From NCBI GenBank assembly GCA_964016885.1, contig OZ024740.1:9486001-9550000 (forward strand): a stretch of 64,000 bases of DNA, written 5' to 3'. Position 1 is the first letter of the stretch; each line of letters opens with the position of its first letter. Of this stretch, positions 13,123 to 22,550 are shown one piece after another. This DNA comes from Eledone cirrhosa. Taxonomy: Eukaryota. A program made the translations under genes and the position numbers. The notes below the pieces were generated by a model. It worked only from the letters and a program-made list of their open reading frames with translations, was not told the DNA's origin and made no database searches.

Positions 13123-16100
13123 ATGATGGATGGATGGACGGACTGCGGAATCCTGGAGAGTGGAGGGGAGAGAAAAATCTGGACGCTCAGAGCGAAAATG
13201 CCAATGCTAAAGTCAAATTCACCTCGTGGACGAGAATGCGAGCACTCTTCTTTGTTTCGCCCGCGGATGGCTAACATAACCCCATCTCCCCCCGCCACAC
13301 ACCACCCCCACCCTCCAAACGCGATCCAAAACTTCAGAGTTGGTACCATAAATGTAGGCACCCTAAAGGGGCGCGCTAACGAGGTTGTAGAAATGCTTGA
13401 ACGTAAGGAGGTCGATGTTTGTTGTATTCAAGAGACCAGGTGGAGGGGTGGGTCTGCTAGATTCATTGAGGGTAAAAAACGATGTTATAAGCTTTTCTGG
13501 GTGGGAAACGACGATGGGCTGGGTGGAGTAGGAATCATGGTAGCAGAAAAGTGGGCGGATAAGATAATAGACGTAAATAGAGTGAACGACAGAATAATTA
13601 AAATACGACTTGTCCTCAATAGAACTACGGTGACAGTAATATCTGCGTATGCACCCCAATCCGGACTGCCCGGCACTATAAAAGACAGATTCTATGAGAC
13701 ACTGATGCTCACTACCTCCCAAATATCTGACAGTGACTATATAATTATTGCAGGCGACCTAAATGGTCACGTTGGGCAACATTGTGACGGCTACGACGAA
13801 ATCCATGGAGGCTATGGGTTTGGTACTAGAAATGAGGAAGGCTCCAGAATCCTGGAATTCTGTGATGCAAATAACCTAACTATCTGTAACACTAACTTCA
13901 AAAAACGTGACAATCACCTGATCACCTATAGATCCGGGGAACACACAAGCCAGGTAGATTATATCCTTACCAGAAGACGTGACAGAGTGTCTGTTGTAAA
14001 CACTAAATCCCTCCCCCATGAAGAATGCACCTCCCAACATAGACTGATAATTAGCGACCTCATAGTCAGGTCGAGACGTACTCGACAGCAGAAGAGGACT
14101 ATCCTCAGGAGAAAAATATGGAAGCTAAAGGACCCCACAGCCAAAAATAAATTTCAAAACATATTACTTGATGCTTTCGACAGTAAGGAAGAACACTTAG
14201 AGTCGGACAATATAGAGGGACAGTGGGAATTTCTGAAAGCAAACCTGCTGTTGGCCACAGACAAAGTCTGTGGCTGGAGCAGGCCTGTAGGCAGGAGGAG
14301 AGTAACATGGTGGTGGAACAGTAAGGTGGAGGAGTCAATTAAGGCCAAAAAGCAGGCTTGGAAAGTATGGCGGGATGGGGGAAGTAGAGTAGACTATCAA
14401 GTGGCCAGGAGGGAAGCTAGGAGAGAAGTGTACTTAGCAAGAAGGGAAGCTGAGGAAAGAAAGTTCAAGCATGTCCTACAACGCGATGACCAAAAACGTG
14501 AGGTGTTCAGGATTGCTAGGCAATGCGTCAAGGAAAACCGTGATATTGTCGGGGAGAAGTGTGTACTTAACGATGATGGCATACTTGCCATCACTGACAC
14601 TGATAAGAAGGCAGCTTGGAAGTGTCACTATGAAAGGCTACTAAATGAGGAGAATAAATGGGAGAAAGACAGTCTCCCCCATGTCGACCCAATAGAGGGA
14701 CCAGCAGTGTTAGTCGAGGGGAGTATAATAAGTAAGGCAATCAAGGATATGAAGACAGGTAAGGCGGCTGGGCCTTCGGAAATAGTTGCTGAGATGCTGA
14801 AGGCATCTGGCACGGTGGGACACACCATGGTCACCCGCATAGTTAACCAAGTCGTACAGAATGGGGCTGTTCCGAAGGACTGGCATAGCAGCATCATCGT
14901 TAACTGTTATAAGGGTAAAGGAGACGCCCTAGATAGGAGTAACTATAGAGGCATTAAATTAATCGACCAGGTCATGAAGGTCACAGAAAAAGTAATAGCG
15001 CAACTAATCAGAGAGAGAATTGACCTAGATGAAATGCAGTTCGGGTTTGTGTCAGGCAAAAGTACCACAGACGCTCTTTTCATAGTACGACAACTACAGG
15101 AGAAGTACCTAGCTAAAGGTAAACCCCTCTACTTAGCTTTTGTCGACTTGGAGAAAGCCTTCGACAGAGTCCCCCGCTCCATTATCTGGTGGGCTCTTAG
15201 AAAACTAGGCGTTGACGAATGGCTTGTGAGGGCTATACAAGCCATGTATAAAGAAACAGTCAGCAAGGTTAGAATTAACAACGAATATAGTGAAGAGTTT
15301 AGCGTAAAAGTTGGCGTCCATCAGGGCTCTGTTCTCAGCCCCCTACTATTTATTATTGCCCTTCAGGCTATAACAGAGGAGTTCAAGACAGGCTGCCCAT
15401 GGGAACTCCTATACGCAGACGACCTGACACTCATAGCGGAATCAATGGCCGAGCTAGAGAAGAAATTCCAAACATGGAAGCACGGCCTAGAGTCAAAAGG
15501 ACTTAAAATTAACCTGGCTAAGACCAAAGTTCTAGTTTGTAGGAAAGAAAACAAGGCGGCGGTCCCTTCTGGGAAATGGTCGTGCTCGGTGTGTAGGAAA
15601 GGCGTAGGTAGAAACTCCATTTTGTGTCCTAAATGCAAAGTATGGGTGCATAAAAGATGTAGTGGGATCACAGGTAAGCTAACTAAGAACATAGATTTTA
15701 CATGTGGCCGGTGTTCTGGTGCAATAAGTAGCAGCAAGTGCCCACACAATACTAGCTCTTTCAATTGCGCAGAGGGTTCTATAGCAATAGTGGACAGCTT
15801 CCGTTACCTGGGCGATAAAATCAGCAGTGGGGGAGGGTGCTCTGAAAGTACTGTAGCTAGAGTCAGAACTGGTTGGAAAAAGTTCAGAGAGCTTATACCA
15901 CTATTAGCTGCTAAAGGGTTCTCCCTAAAAATGAAAGGCAGGTTGTACGATGCCTGCATACGAACAGCAATGTTGCATGGCAGTGAGACCTGGGCATTGT
16001 GTGCAGAGGATATACGCAGACTAGAGAGGAACGAAGCTTGTATGCTCCGCTGGATGTGTAACAGTAATATACGTGAACGGCAAAGCATAAACGAACTAAG

Positions 16101-16380
16101 GAAAAAATTAGAGATAAGAGGGATCAGATGTTGTTTACTCGAGAGAAGGCTACGTTGGTATGGACACGTGATGCGCATGAAAGTCGATAGCTGTATAACA
16201 AAGTGCAGGGCAATAAAGATAGACGGTAGCCACGGAATAGGCAGACCTAGAAAAACCTGGGACGAGCTGATAAACTCCGACCTCACACACTTACACCTCT
16301 CCAAGACAATGTCACTGGACCGAGACCTTTGGCGGTACTCAGTAACAGAGAAGACCCGCCTTGCCAGTAGGCATCTCTAA
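13123..16380 (+). CDS. RTE polyprotein: AP-like endonuclease + reverse transcriptase + embedded PHD-type zinc finger
   Basis: Uninterrupted ORF. The track starts at TTG 13102; the first ATG is 13123, with alternatives at 13198 and 13267. EN motifs ~13333-14060: TINVGTL, CIQETRW, SAYAPQ, GDLNGH, VDYIL, SQH. RT motifs: KAAGP, NYRGIKL, QFGF, FVDLEKAFD, GVHQGSVLSPLLF, YADD (15412-15423), KTK, FRYLG. Confidence 0.93.
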   Translation: MMDGWTDCGILESGGERKIWTLRAKMPMLKSNSPRGRECEHSSLFRPRMANITPSPPATHHPHPPNAIQNFRVGTINVGTLKGRANEVVEMLERKEVDVCCIQETRWRGGSARFIEGKKRCYKLFWVGNDDGLGGVGIMVAEKWADKIIDVNRVNDRIIKIRLVLNRTTVTVISAYAPQSGLPGTIKDRFYETLMLTTSQISDSDYIIIAGDLNGHVGQHCDGYDEIHGGYGFGTRNEEGSRILEFCDANNLTICNTNFKKRDNHLITYRSGEHTSQVDYILTRRRDRVSVVNTKSLPHEECTSQHRLIISDLIVRSRRTRQQKRTILRRKIWKLKDPTAKNKFQNILLDAFDSKEEHLESDNIEGQWEFLKANLLLATDKVCGWSRPVGRRRVTWWWNSKVEESIKAKKQAWKVWRDGGSRVDYQVARREARREVYLARREAEERKFKHVLQRDDQKREVFRIARQCVKENRDIVGEKCVLNDDGILAITDTDKKAAWKCHYERLLNEENKWEKDSLPHVDPIEGPAVLVEGSIISKAIKDMKTGKAAGPSEIVAEMLKASGTVGHTMVTRIVNQVVQNGAVPKDWHSSIIVNCYKGKGDALDRSNYRGIKLIDQVMKVTEKVIAQLIRERIDLDEMQFGFVSGKSTTDALFIVRQLQEKYLAKGKPLYLAFVDLEKAFDRVPRSIIWWALRKLGVDEWLVRAIQAMYKETVSKVRINNEYSEEFSVKVGVHQGSVLSPLLFIIALQAITEEFKTGCPWELLYADDLTLIAESMAELEKKFQTWKHGLESKGLKINLAKTKVLVCRKENKAAVPSGKWSCSVCRKGVGRNSILCPKCKVWVHKRCSGITGKLTKNIDFTCGRCSGAISSSKCPHNTSSFNCAEGSIAIVDSFRYLGDKISSGGGCSESTVARVRTGWKKFRELIPLLAAKGFSLKMKGRLYDACIRTAMLHGSETWALCAEDIRRLERNEACMLRWMCNSNIRERQSINELRKKLEIRGIRCCLLERRLRWYGHVMRMKVDSCITKCRAIKIDGSHGIGRPRKTWDELINSDLTHLHLSKTMSLDRDLWRYSVTEKTRLASRHL
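15583..15714 (+). other. PHD-type (C4HC3) zinc finger coding segment
   Basis: CSVCRKGVGRNSILCPKCKVWVHKRCSGITGKLTKNIDFTCGRC = C-x2-C-x10-C-x2-C-x4-H-x2-C-x14-C-x2-C, with W-x-H and F-x-C. It lies between RT KTK and FRYLG. Confidence 0.85.
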
Positions 16381-16718
16381 CAAAATACACCCCGTCCCAC
16401 CACCACCACCCCCACCCCATCCACACCACCCCGTCCTATGTAAAGTTATGTTGGTGCCGCGCCATCCGGGCCGAAACAAATGAGATCGTGTAGGTGTCAC
16501 GACAAAAAAACACACAGTCCACGCAGTAATGTGGCCGTGTAGGCAACACGGTAAAAACCTCCCAGACCCACACTGTAAATGTGGTTGGTGTTAGGAAGGG
16601 CATCCAACTGTAGAAAACCTGCCAGACAGTCCTATGCGAGCAAGACAATCACTCTTGCCTCAAGTGGGACTACCCCCGTCCAAACCCATGCAAGCGTGGA
16701 ACACGGACGTTAAACGTT
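16381..16718 (+). other. Structured RTE 3' UTR (C-rich tract, tandem hairpin modules, terminal stem-loop)
   Basis: CCA/C tract ~16390-16432. Stems TCGTG/CACGA, CCAC/GTGG, CCGTGT/ACACGG, CCACA/TGTGG at 16486-16584. CGTCC..CCATGC-AA-GCGTGG..GGACG at 16677-16709. Confidence 0.7.
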
Positions 16719-16740
16719 GATGATGATGATGATGATGATG
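16719..16740 (+). repeat. (GAT)7G 3' tail of copy 1
   Basis: Read directly; the last ATG is shared with the satellite ATGTCAG. Confidence 0.95.
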
Positions 16741-19700
16741 TCAGTTCCTATTGGTATATCAATTTCGATTGGTATGTCAGTTTCGATTAGTATATCAGTT
16801 TGTATTGGTATGTCAGTTTCTATTGGTATGTCAGTTTCTATTGGTATATCAGTTACTATTGGTATGTCAGTTTCGATTGGTATGTCAGTTTCGATTGTTA
16901 TGTAAATTTCGATTGGTATGTCACTTTCGATTGGTATATCAGTTTCGAATGGTATGTCTGTTTCGATTGGTGTGTCAGTTTCTATTGGTATCTCAATTTC
17001 TATTGGTATATCAGTTTTGATTGTTATATCAGTTACGATTTGTATGTCAGTTTCGATTGGTATATCAGTTTCGATGGTTATGTCAGTTTTGATTGTATAT
17101 CAGTTTCGAATGGTATGTCAGTTTTGATTGGTATATCTGTTTCAATTGGTCTGTCAGTTTCGATTGGTATGTCAGTTTCTATTGGTATATCAGTTTCGAT
17201 TGGTATGTCAGTTTCGATTAGTATATCAGTTTCTGTTGGCATATCAGTTTCGATTGGTATATCAGTTCCTATTGGTATGTCAGTTTCGATTGGTATGTCA
17301 GTTTCAATTGGTATGTCAGTTTCTATTGGTATGTCAGTTTCGATTGTTATGTGAGTTTCTATTGGTATATCAGTTTCGATTGAATATCAGTTTCGATTAG
17401 TATGGCAGTTTCTATTGGTATGTCAGTCTCGATTAGTATATCAGTTTCTATTGGTATGTCAGTTTCTATTGGTATATCAGTTTCGATTGGTATATCAGTT
17501 TCGATTGGTATATCAGTTTCGATTGGTACGTCAGTTTCTATTGGTATATCAGTTTCGGTTGGAATGTCAGTTTCGATTGGTATGTCAATTTCGATTGGTA
17601 TGTCACTTTCGATTGGTATATCAGTTTCTATTGGTATGTCAGTTTCTATTAGTATGTCAGTTTCTAATGGTATGTCAGTTTCGACTGGTATGTTAGTCCT
17701 CGATACGTATGTCAGTTTCGATTGGTATGTCAGTTTCGATTGGTATATCAGTTTCGAATGGTATGTCAGTTTCGATTGGTATGTCTGTTTTGATTAGTAT
17801 ATCAGTTTCAAATGGTATGTCAGTCTCGATTAGTATGTCCGTTTCGATTGGCATATCAGTTTCGATTCGTATGTCAGTTTCTATTGGTATATCAGTTTCC
17901 ATTGGTATATCAGTTTCGATTTGTATATCAGTTTCGATTTGTATGTCAGTTTCTATTGGTATGTCAGTTTCAATTCGTATATCAGTTTCGATTGGTATGT
18001 CAGTTTTATTGGTATGTCAATTTCGATTGGTATATCAGTTTCGCCTGGAATGTCAGTTCCGATTGGTATATCAGTTTCTGTTGGTATGTCAGTTTTGATT
18101 GGTATGTCAATTTCGATTGGTATGTCACTTTCGATTGGTATATCAGTTTCGAATGGTATGTCAGTTTCGATTGGTATGTCAGTTTCCATTGGTATATAAA
18201 TTTCCATTGGTATATCAGTTTCTATTGGTATGTCAGCTTCTATTGGTATATCAATTTTGATTGGTATGTCAGTTTCGATGGGTATATCATTTTCAATTTT
18301 TATGTCAGTTTCGATTGTTATGTCAGTTTCGATTAGTATGTCACTTTCAATGTGTATATCAGTTTCTATTGGTATGTCAGTTTTGATTGGTATGTCAGTT
18401 TCTATTGGTATGTCAGTTTCTATTGATATATCAGTTTCGATTAGTATATCAGTTTCTATTTGTATGTCAGTTCCTATTGGTATATCAATTTCGATTGGTA
18501 TGTCAGTTTCGATTGGTATATCAGTTTGTATTGGTATGTCAGTTTCTATTGGTATGTCAGTTTCTATTGGTATATCAGTTTCGATTGTTATGTCAGTTTC
18601 GATTGGTATATCAGTTTCTATTGATATATATGTTTCGATTAGTATATCAGTTTCTATTTATATGTCAGTTCCTATTGGTATATCAATTTCGATTGGTATG
18701 TCAGTTTCGATTGGTATATCAGTTTGTATTGGTATGTCAGTTTCTATTGGTATGTCAGTTTCTATTGGTATATCAGTTACTATTGGTATGTCAGTTTCGA
18801 TTGGTATGTCAGTTTCGATTGTTATGTAAATTTCGATTGGTATGTCACTTTCGATTGGTATATCAGTTTCGAATGGTATGTCTGTTTCGATTGGTGTGTC
18901 AGTTTCTATTGGTATCTCAATTTCTATTGGTATATCAGTTTTGATTGTTATATCAGTTACGATTTGTATGTCAGTTTCGATTGGTATATCAGTTTCGATT
19001 GTTATGTCAGTTTTGATTGTATATCAGTTTCGAATGGTATGTCAGTTTTGATTGGTATATCTGTTTCAATTGGTATGTCAGTTTCGATTGGTATGTCAGT
19101 TTCGATTGTTATATCAGTTTCGATTGGTATGTCAGTTTCTATTGGTATATCAGTTTCGATTGGTATGTCAGTTTCGATTAGTATATCAGTTTCTGTTGGC
19201 ATATCAGTTTCGATTGGTATATCAGTTCCTATTGGTATGTCAGTTTCGATTGGTATGTCAGTTTCAATTGGTATGTCAGTTTCTATTGGTATGTCAGTTT
19301 CGATTGTTATGTGAGTTTCTATTGGTATATCAGTTTCGATTGAATATCAGTTTCGATTAGTATGGCAGTTTCTATTGGTATGTCAGTCTCGATTAGTATA
19401 TCAGTTTCTATTGGTATGTCAGTTTCTATTGGTATATCAGTTTCGATTGGTATATCAGTTTCGATTGGTATATCAGTTTCGATGGGTACGTCAGTTTCTA
19501 TTGGTATATCAGTTTCGGTTGGAATGTCAGTTTCGATTGGTATGTCAATTTCTATTGGTATGTCACTTTCGATTGGTATATCAGTTTCTATTGGTATGTC
19601 AGTTTCTATTAGTATGTCAGTTTCTAATGGTATGTCAGTTTCGACTGGTATGTTAGTCCTCGATACGTATGTCAGTTTCTATTGGTATATCAGTTTCGAT

Positions 19701-20349
19701 TGGTATGTCAGATTCGATTGGTATGTCAGTTTCTATTGGTATATCAGTTTCTATTGGTATGTCAGTTTCTACTGGTATGTCAGTTTCGATTGGTAAGTCA
19801 GTTTCGATTGGTATATCAATTTCAATTCGTATGTCAGTTTCGATTGGTATATCAGTTTCTATTTGTATGTCAGTTTCGATTGGTATCTCAGTTTTGCTTG
19901 GTATATCAGTTTCTATTGGTTTGTCTGTTTATATTGGTATATCAGTTTCTATTGGTAAGTCAGTTTATATTGGTATATCAGTTTCTATTGGTATGTCAGT
20001 TTCTATTGGAATGTTAGTCCTCGATTTGCATGTCAGTTTCTGTTGGTATATCAGTTTCAATTGGTATGTCAGTTTTGATTAGCATATCAGTTTCTATTTG
20101 TATGTCAGTTTCTATTGGTATATCAGTTTCCATTGGTATATCAGTTTAGATTGGTATGTCAGTTTCTATTGGTACATCAGTTTCGATTAGTATGTTAGTT
20201 TCTATTGGTATGTCAGTTTCAAATTAGTATATCTGTTTCTATTGGTATGTCATTTTCGATTGGTATTTTAGTCCTTGATTTGTATGTCAGTTTCTATTGG
20301 TATATAAGTTTCGATTGGTATGCCAGTTTCGATTGGTATGTCAGTTTCT

Positions 20350-22550
20350 ATTGGTATATCAGTTTCTATTGGTATGTCAGTTTTTATTGGTATGTCAGTT
20401 TCGATTGGTATATCAGACTCGATTAGTATGTCAGTTTCTATTGGTATATCAGTTTCCATTGGTATATCAGTTTCGACTGGTATATCAGTTTCTATTGGTA
20501 TATCAGTTTCTATTGGTATGTCAGTTTCTATTCGTATGTCAGTTTCTATTGGTATATCAGTTTCGATTGGTATGTCAGTTTCGATTGGTATGTCAGTTTC
20601 GATTGGTATATCAGTTACGATTGTTATGTTAGTTTCTATTGGTATGTCAGTTTCTATTGGTATATCAGTTTCAATTGGTGTATCAGTTTCGATTGGTATG
20701 TCAGTTTCAATTTGTATATCAGTTTCGATTGGTATGTCAGTTTTATTGGTATGTCAATTTCGATTGGTATATCAGTTTTGGTTGGTATGTGAGTTTCAAT
20801 TGGTATGTGTAGTTTCTATTGGCATACGAGTTTCGATTGGTATGTCAGTTTCTATTGGTATGTCAGTTTCGATTAGTATATCAGTTTCTATTGGTATGTC
20901 AGTTTCGATTGGTATGTTAGTCCTTGATTCGTATGTCAGTTTCTATTGGTATATTAGTATCGATTGGTATGTCAGTTTCGATTAGTATATCATTTTCTGT
21001 TTGTATGTCAGTTTCTATTGGTATATCAGTTTCTATTGGTATATCAGTTTCGATTGATATGTCAGTTTCGATTGGTTTGTCAGTTTCGATTAGTATATCA
21101 GTTTCGAATGGTATGTCAGTTTGGATTGGTATATCAGTTTAGATTAGTATATCAGTCTCGATTGGTATGTCAGTTTCGATTGGCATATCAGTTTTGATTC
21201 GTATGTCAGTTTCTATTGGTATATCAGTTTCCATTAGTATATCAGTTTCGATTAGAATGTCAGTTTCTATTGGTATGTCAGCTTCGATTAGTATGTTAGT
21301 CCTCGATTGGTATGTCAGTTTCAAATGGTATATCAGTTTCGACTGGTATATCAGTTTCTATTGGTATATCAGTTTCTATTGGTATGTCAGTTACTATTGG
21401 TATGTCAGTTTCGATTGGTATATCAGATTCGATTAATATGTCAGTTTCTATTGGATTATCAGTTTCCATTGGTATATCAGTTTCGACTGGTATATCAGTT
21501 TCTATTGATATATCAGTTTCTATTGGTATGTCAGTTTCTATTCGGATGTCAGTTTCTATTGGTATATCAGTTTCGATTGGTATGTCAGTTTCGATTGGTA
21601 TGTCAGTTTCGATTGGTATATCAGTTACGATTGTTATTTTAGTTTCTATCGGTATGTCAGTTTCTATTGGTATATCAGTTTCAATTGGTGTATCAGTTTC
21701 GATTGGTATGTCAGTTTCAATTTATATATCAGTTTCGATTGGTATGTCAGTTTTATTGGTATGTCAATTTCGATTGGTATATCAGTTTCGGTTGGTATGT
21801 GAGTTTCAATTGGTACGTGTAGTTTCTATTTGTATACGAGTTTCGATTGGTATGTCAGTTTCTATTGGTATGTCAGTTTCGATTGGTATATCAGTTTCTA
21901 TTGGTATGTCAGTTTCGATTGGTATGTTAGTCCTTGATTCGTATGTCAGTTTCTATTGGTATATTAGTATCGATTGGTATGTCAGTTTCGATTAGTATAT
22001 CAGTTTCTGTTTGTATGTCAGTTTCTATTGGTATATCAGTTTCCATTGGTATATCAGTTTCGATTGATATGTCAGTTTCGATTGGTATGTCAGTTTCGAT
22101 TAGTATATCAGTTTCGAATGGTATGTCAGTTTGGATTGGTATATCAGTTTAGATTAGTATATCAGTCTCGATTGGTATGTCAGTTTCGATTGGCATATCG
22201 GTTTTGATTCGTATGTCAGTTTCTATTAGTATATCAGTTTCCATTAGTATATCAGTTTCGATTAGAATGTCAGTTTCTATTGGTATGTCAGCTTCGATTA
22301 GTATGTTAGTCCTCGATTTGTATGTCAGTTTCAAATGGTATATCAGTTTCGACTGGTATATCAGTTTCTATTGGTATATCAGTTTCTATTGGTATGTCAG
22401 TTTCTATTGGTATGTCAGTTTCGATTGGTATATCAGATTCGATTAATATGTCAGTTGCTATTGGTATATCAGTTTCCATTGGTATATCAGTTTCGACTGG
22501 TATATCAGTTTCTATTGGTATATCAGTTTCTATTGGTATGTCAGTTTCTA
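20350..22550. repeat. 1010-bp higher-order tandem repeat (~2.2 units; ends approximate)
   Basis: Variant strings recur at offset 1010 (20924/21934, 21139/22149, 21167/22177). Confidence 0.82.

Larger units (their letters stand above)
12342..16740 (+). mobile_element. RTE-clade non-LTR retrotransposon, apparently full length (copy 1)
   Basis: ~0.78 kb 5' region, a single APE+RT ORF, ~340 nt 3' UTR and a (GAT)7G tail, with satellite on both sides. A single ORF plus a short-tandem-repeat tail, and motifs such as SAYAPQ, GDLNGHVG, SQH, GSETWAL and RLRWYGHV, are typical of RTE. Confidence 0.93.
11571..19679. repeat. ~1.9-kb higher-order duplication; the first copy is split by RTE copy 1
   Basis: 11571-12343 matches from 17884 (offset 6313) and 16738-17719 matches 18662-19679 (offset 1924-1960). 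Shared rare variants: GATATATATGTTTCG, GATTGAATATC, CTCGATACG. Confidence 0.88.

Noticed and set aside
13226-13275. HDV-like ribozyme (TTCACCTCGTGGA L3-like motif and downstream GGCTAA), known from some RTE 5' ends
   Set aside because: I could not find a P1 partner or the P1.1 GG by eye, and the motif lies within the ORF's 5' extension. An RNArobo/Infernal search over 12342-13330 would be decisive.
16450-16490. Hammerhead ribozyme in the 3' UTR (GCCGAAAC)
   Set aside because: No CUGANGA core upstream.
13095-16648. Minus-strand ORFs within the RTE copies (also ~32.5-35.1 kb and 39.4-40.3 kb) and plus-strand ORFs at 48997-49788
   Set aside because: Antisense shadows of the RT ORF or UTR with no recognisable motifs. 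They recur only because the element is repeated.
16717-16905. Poly-Met ORF starts (also 35149, 40344)
   Set aside because: Translation of the (GAT)n tail running into satellite.
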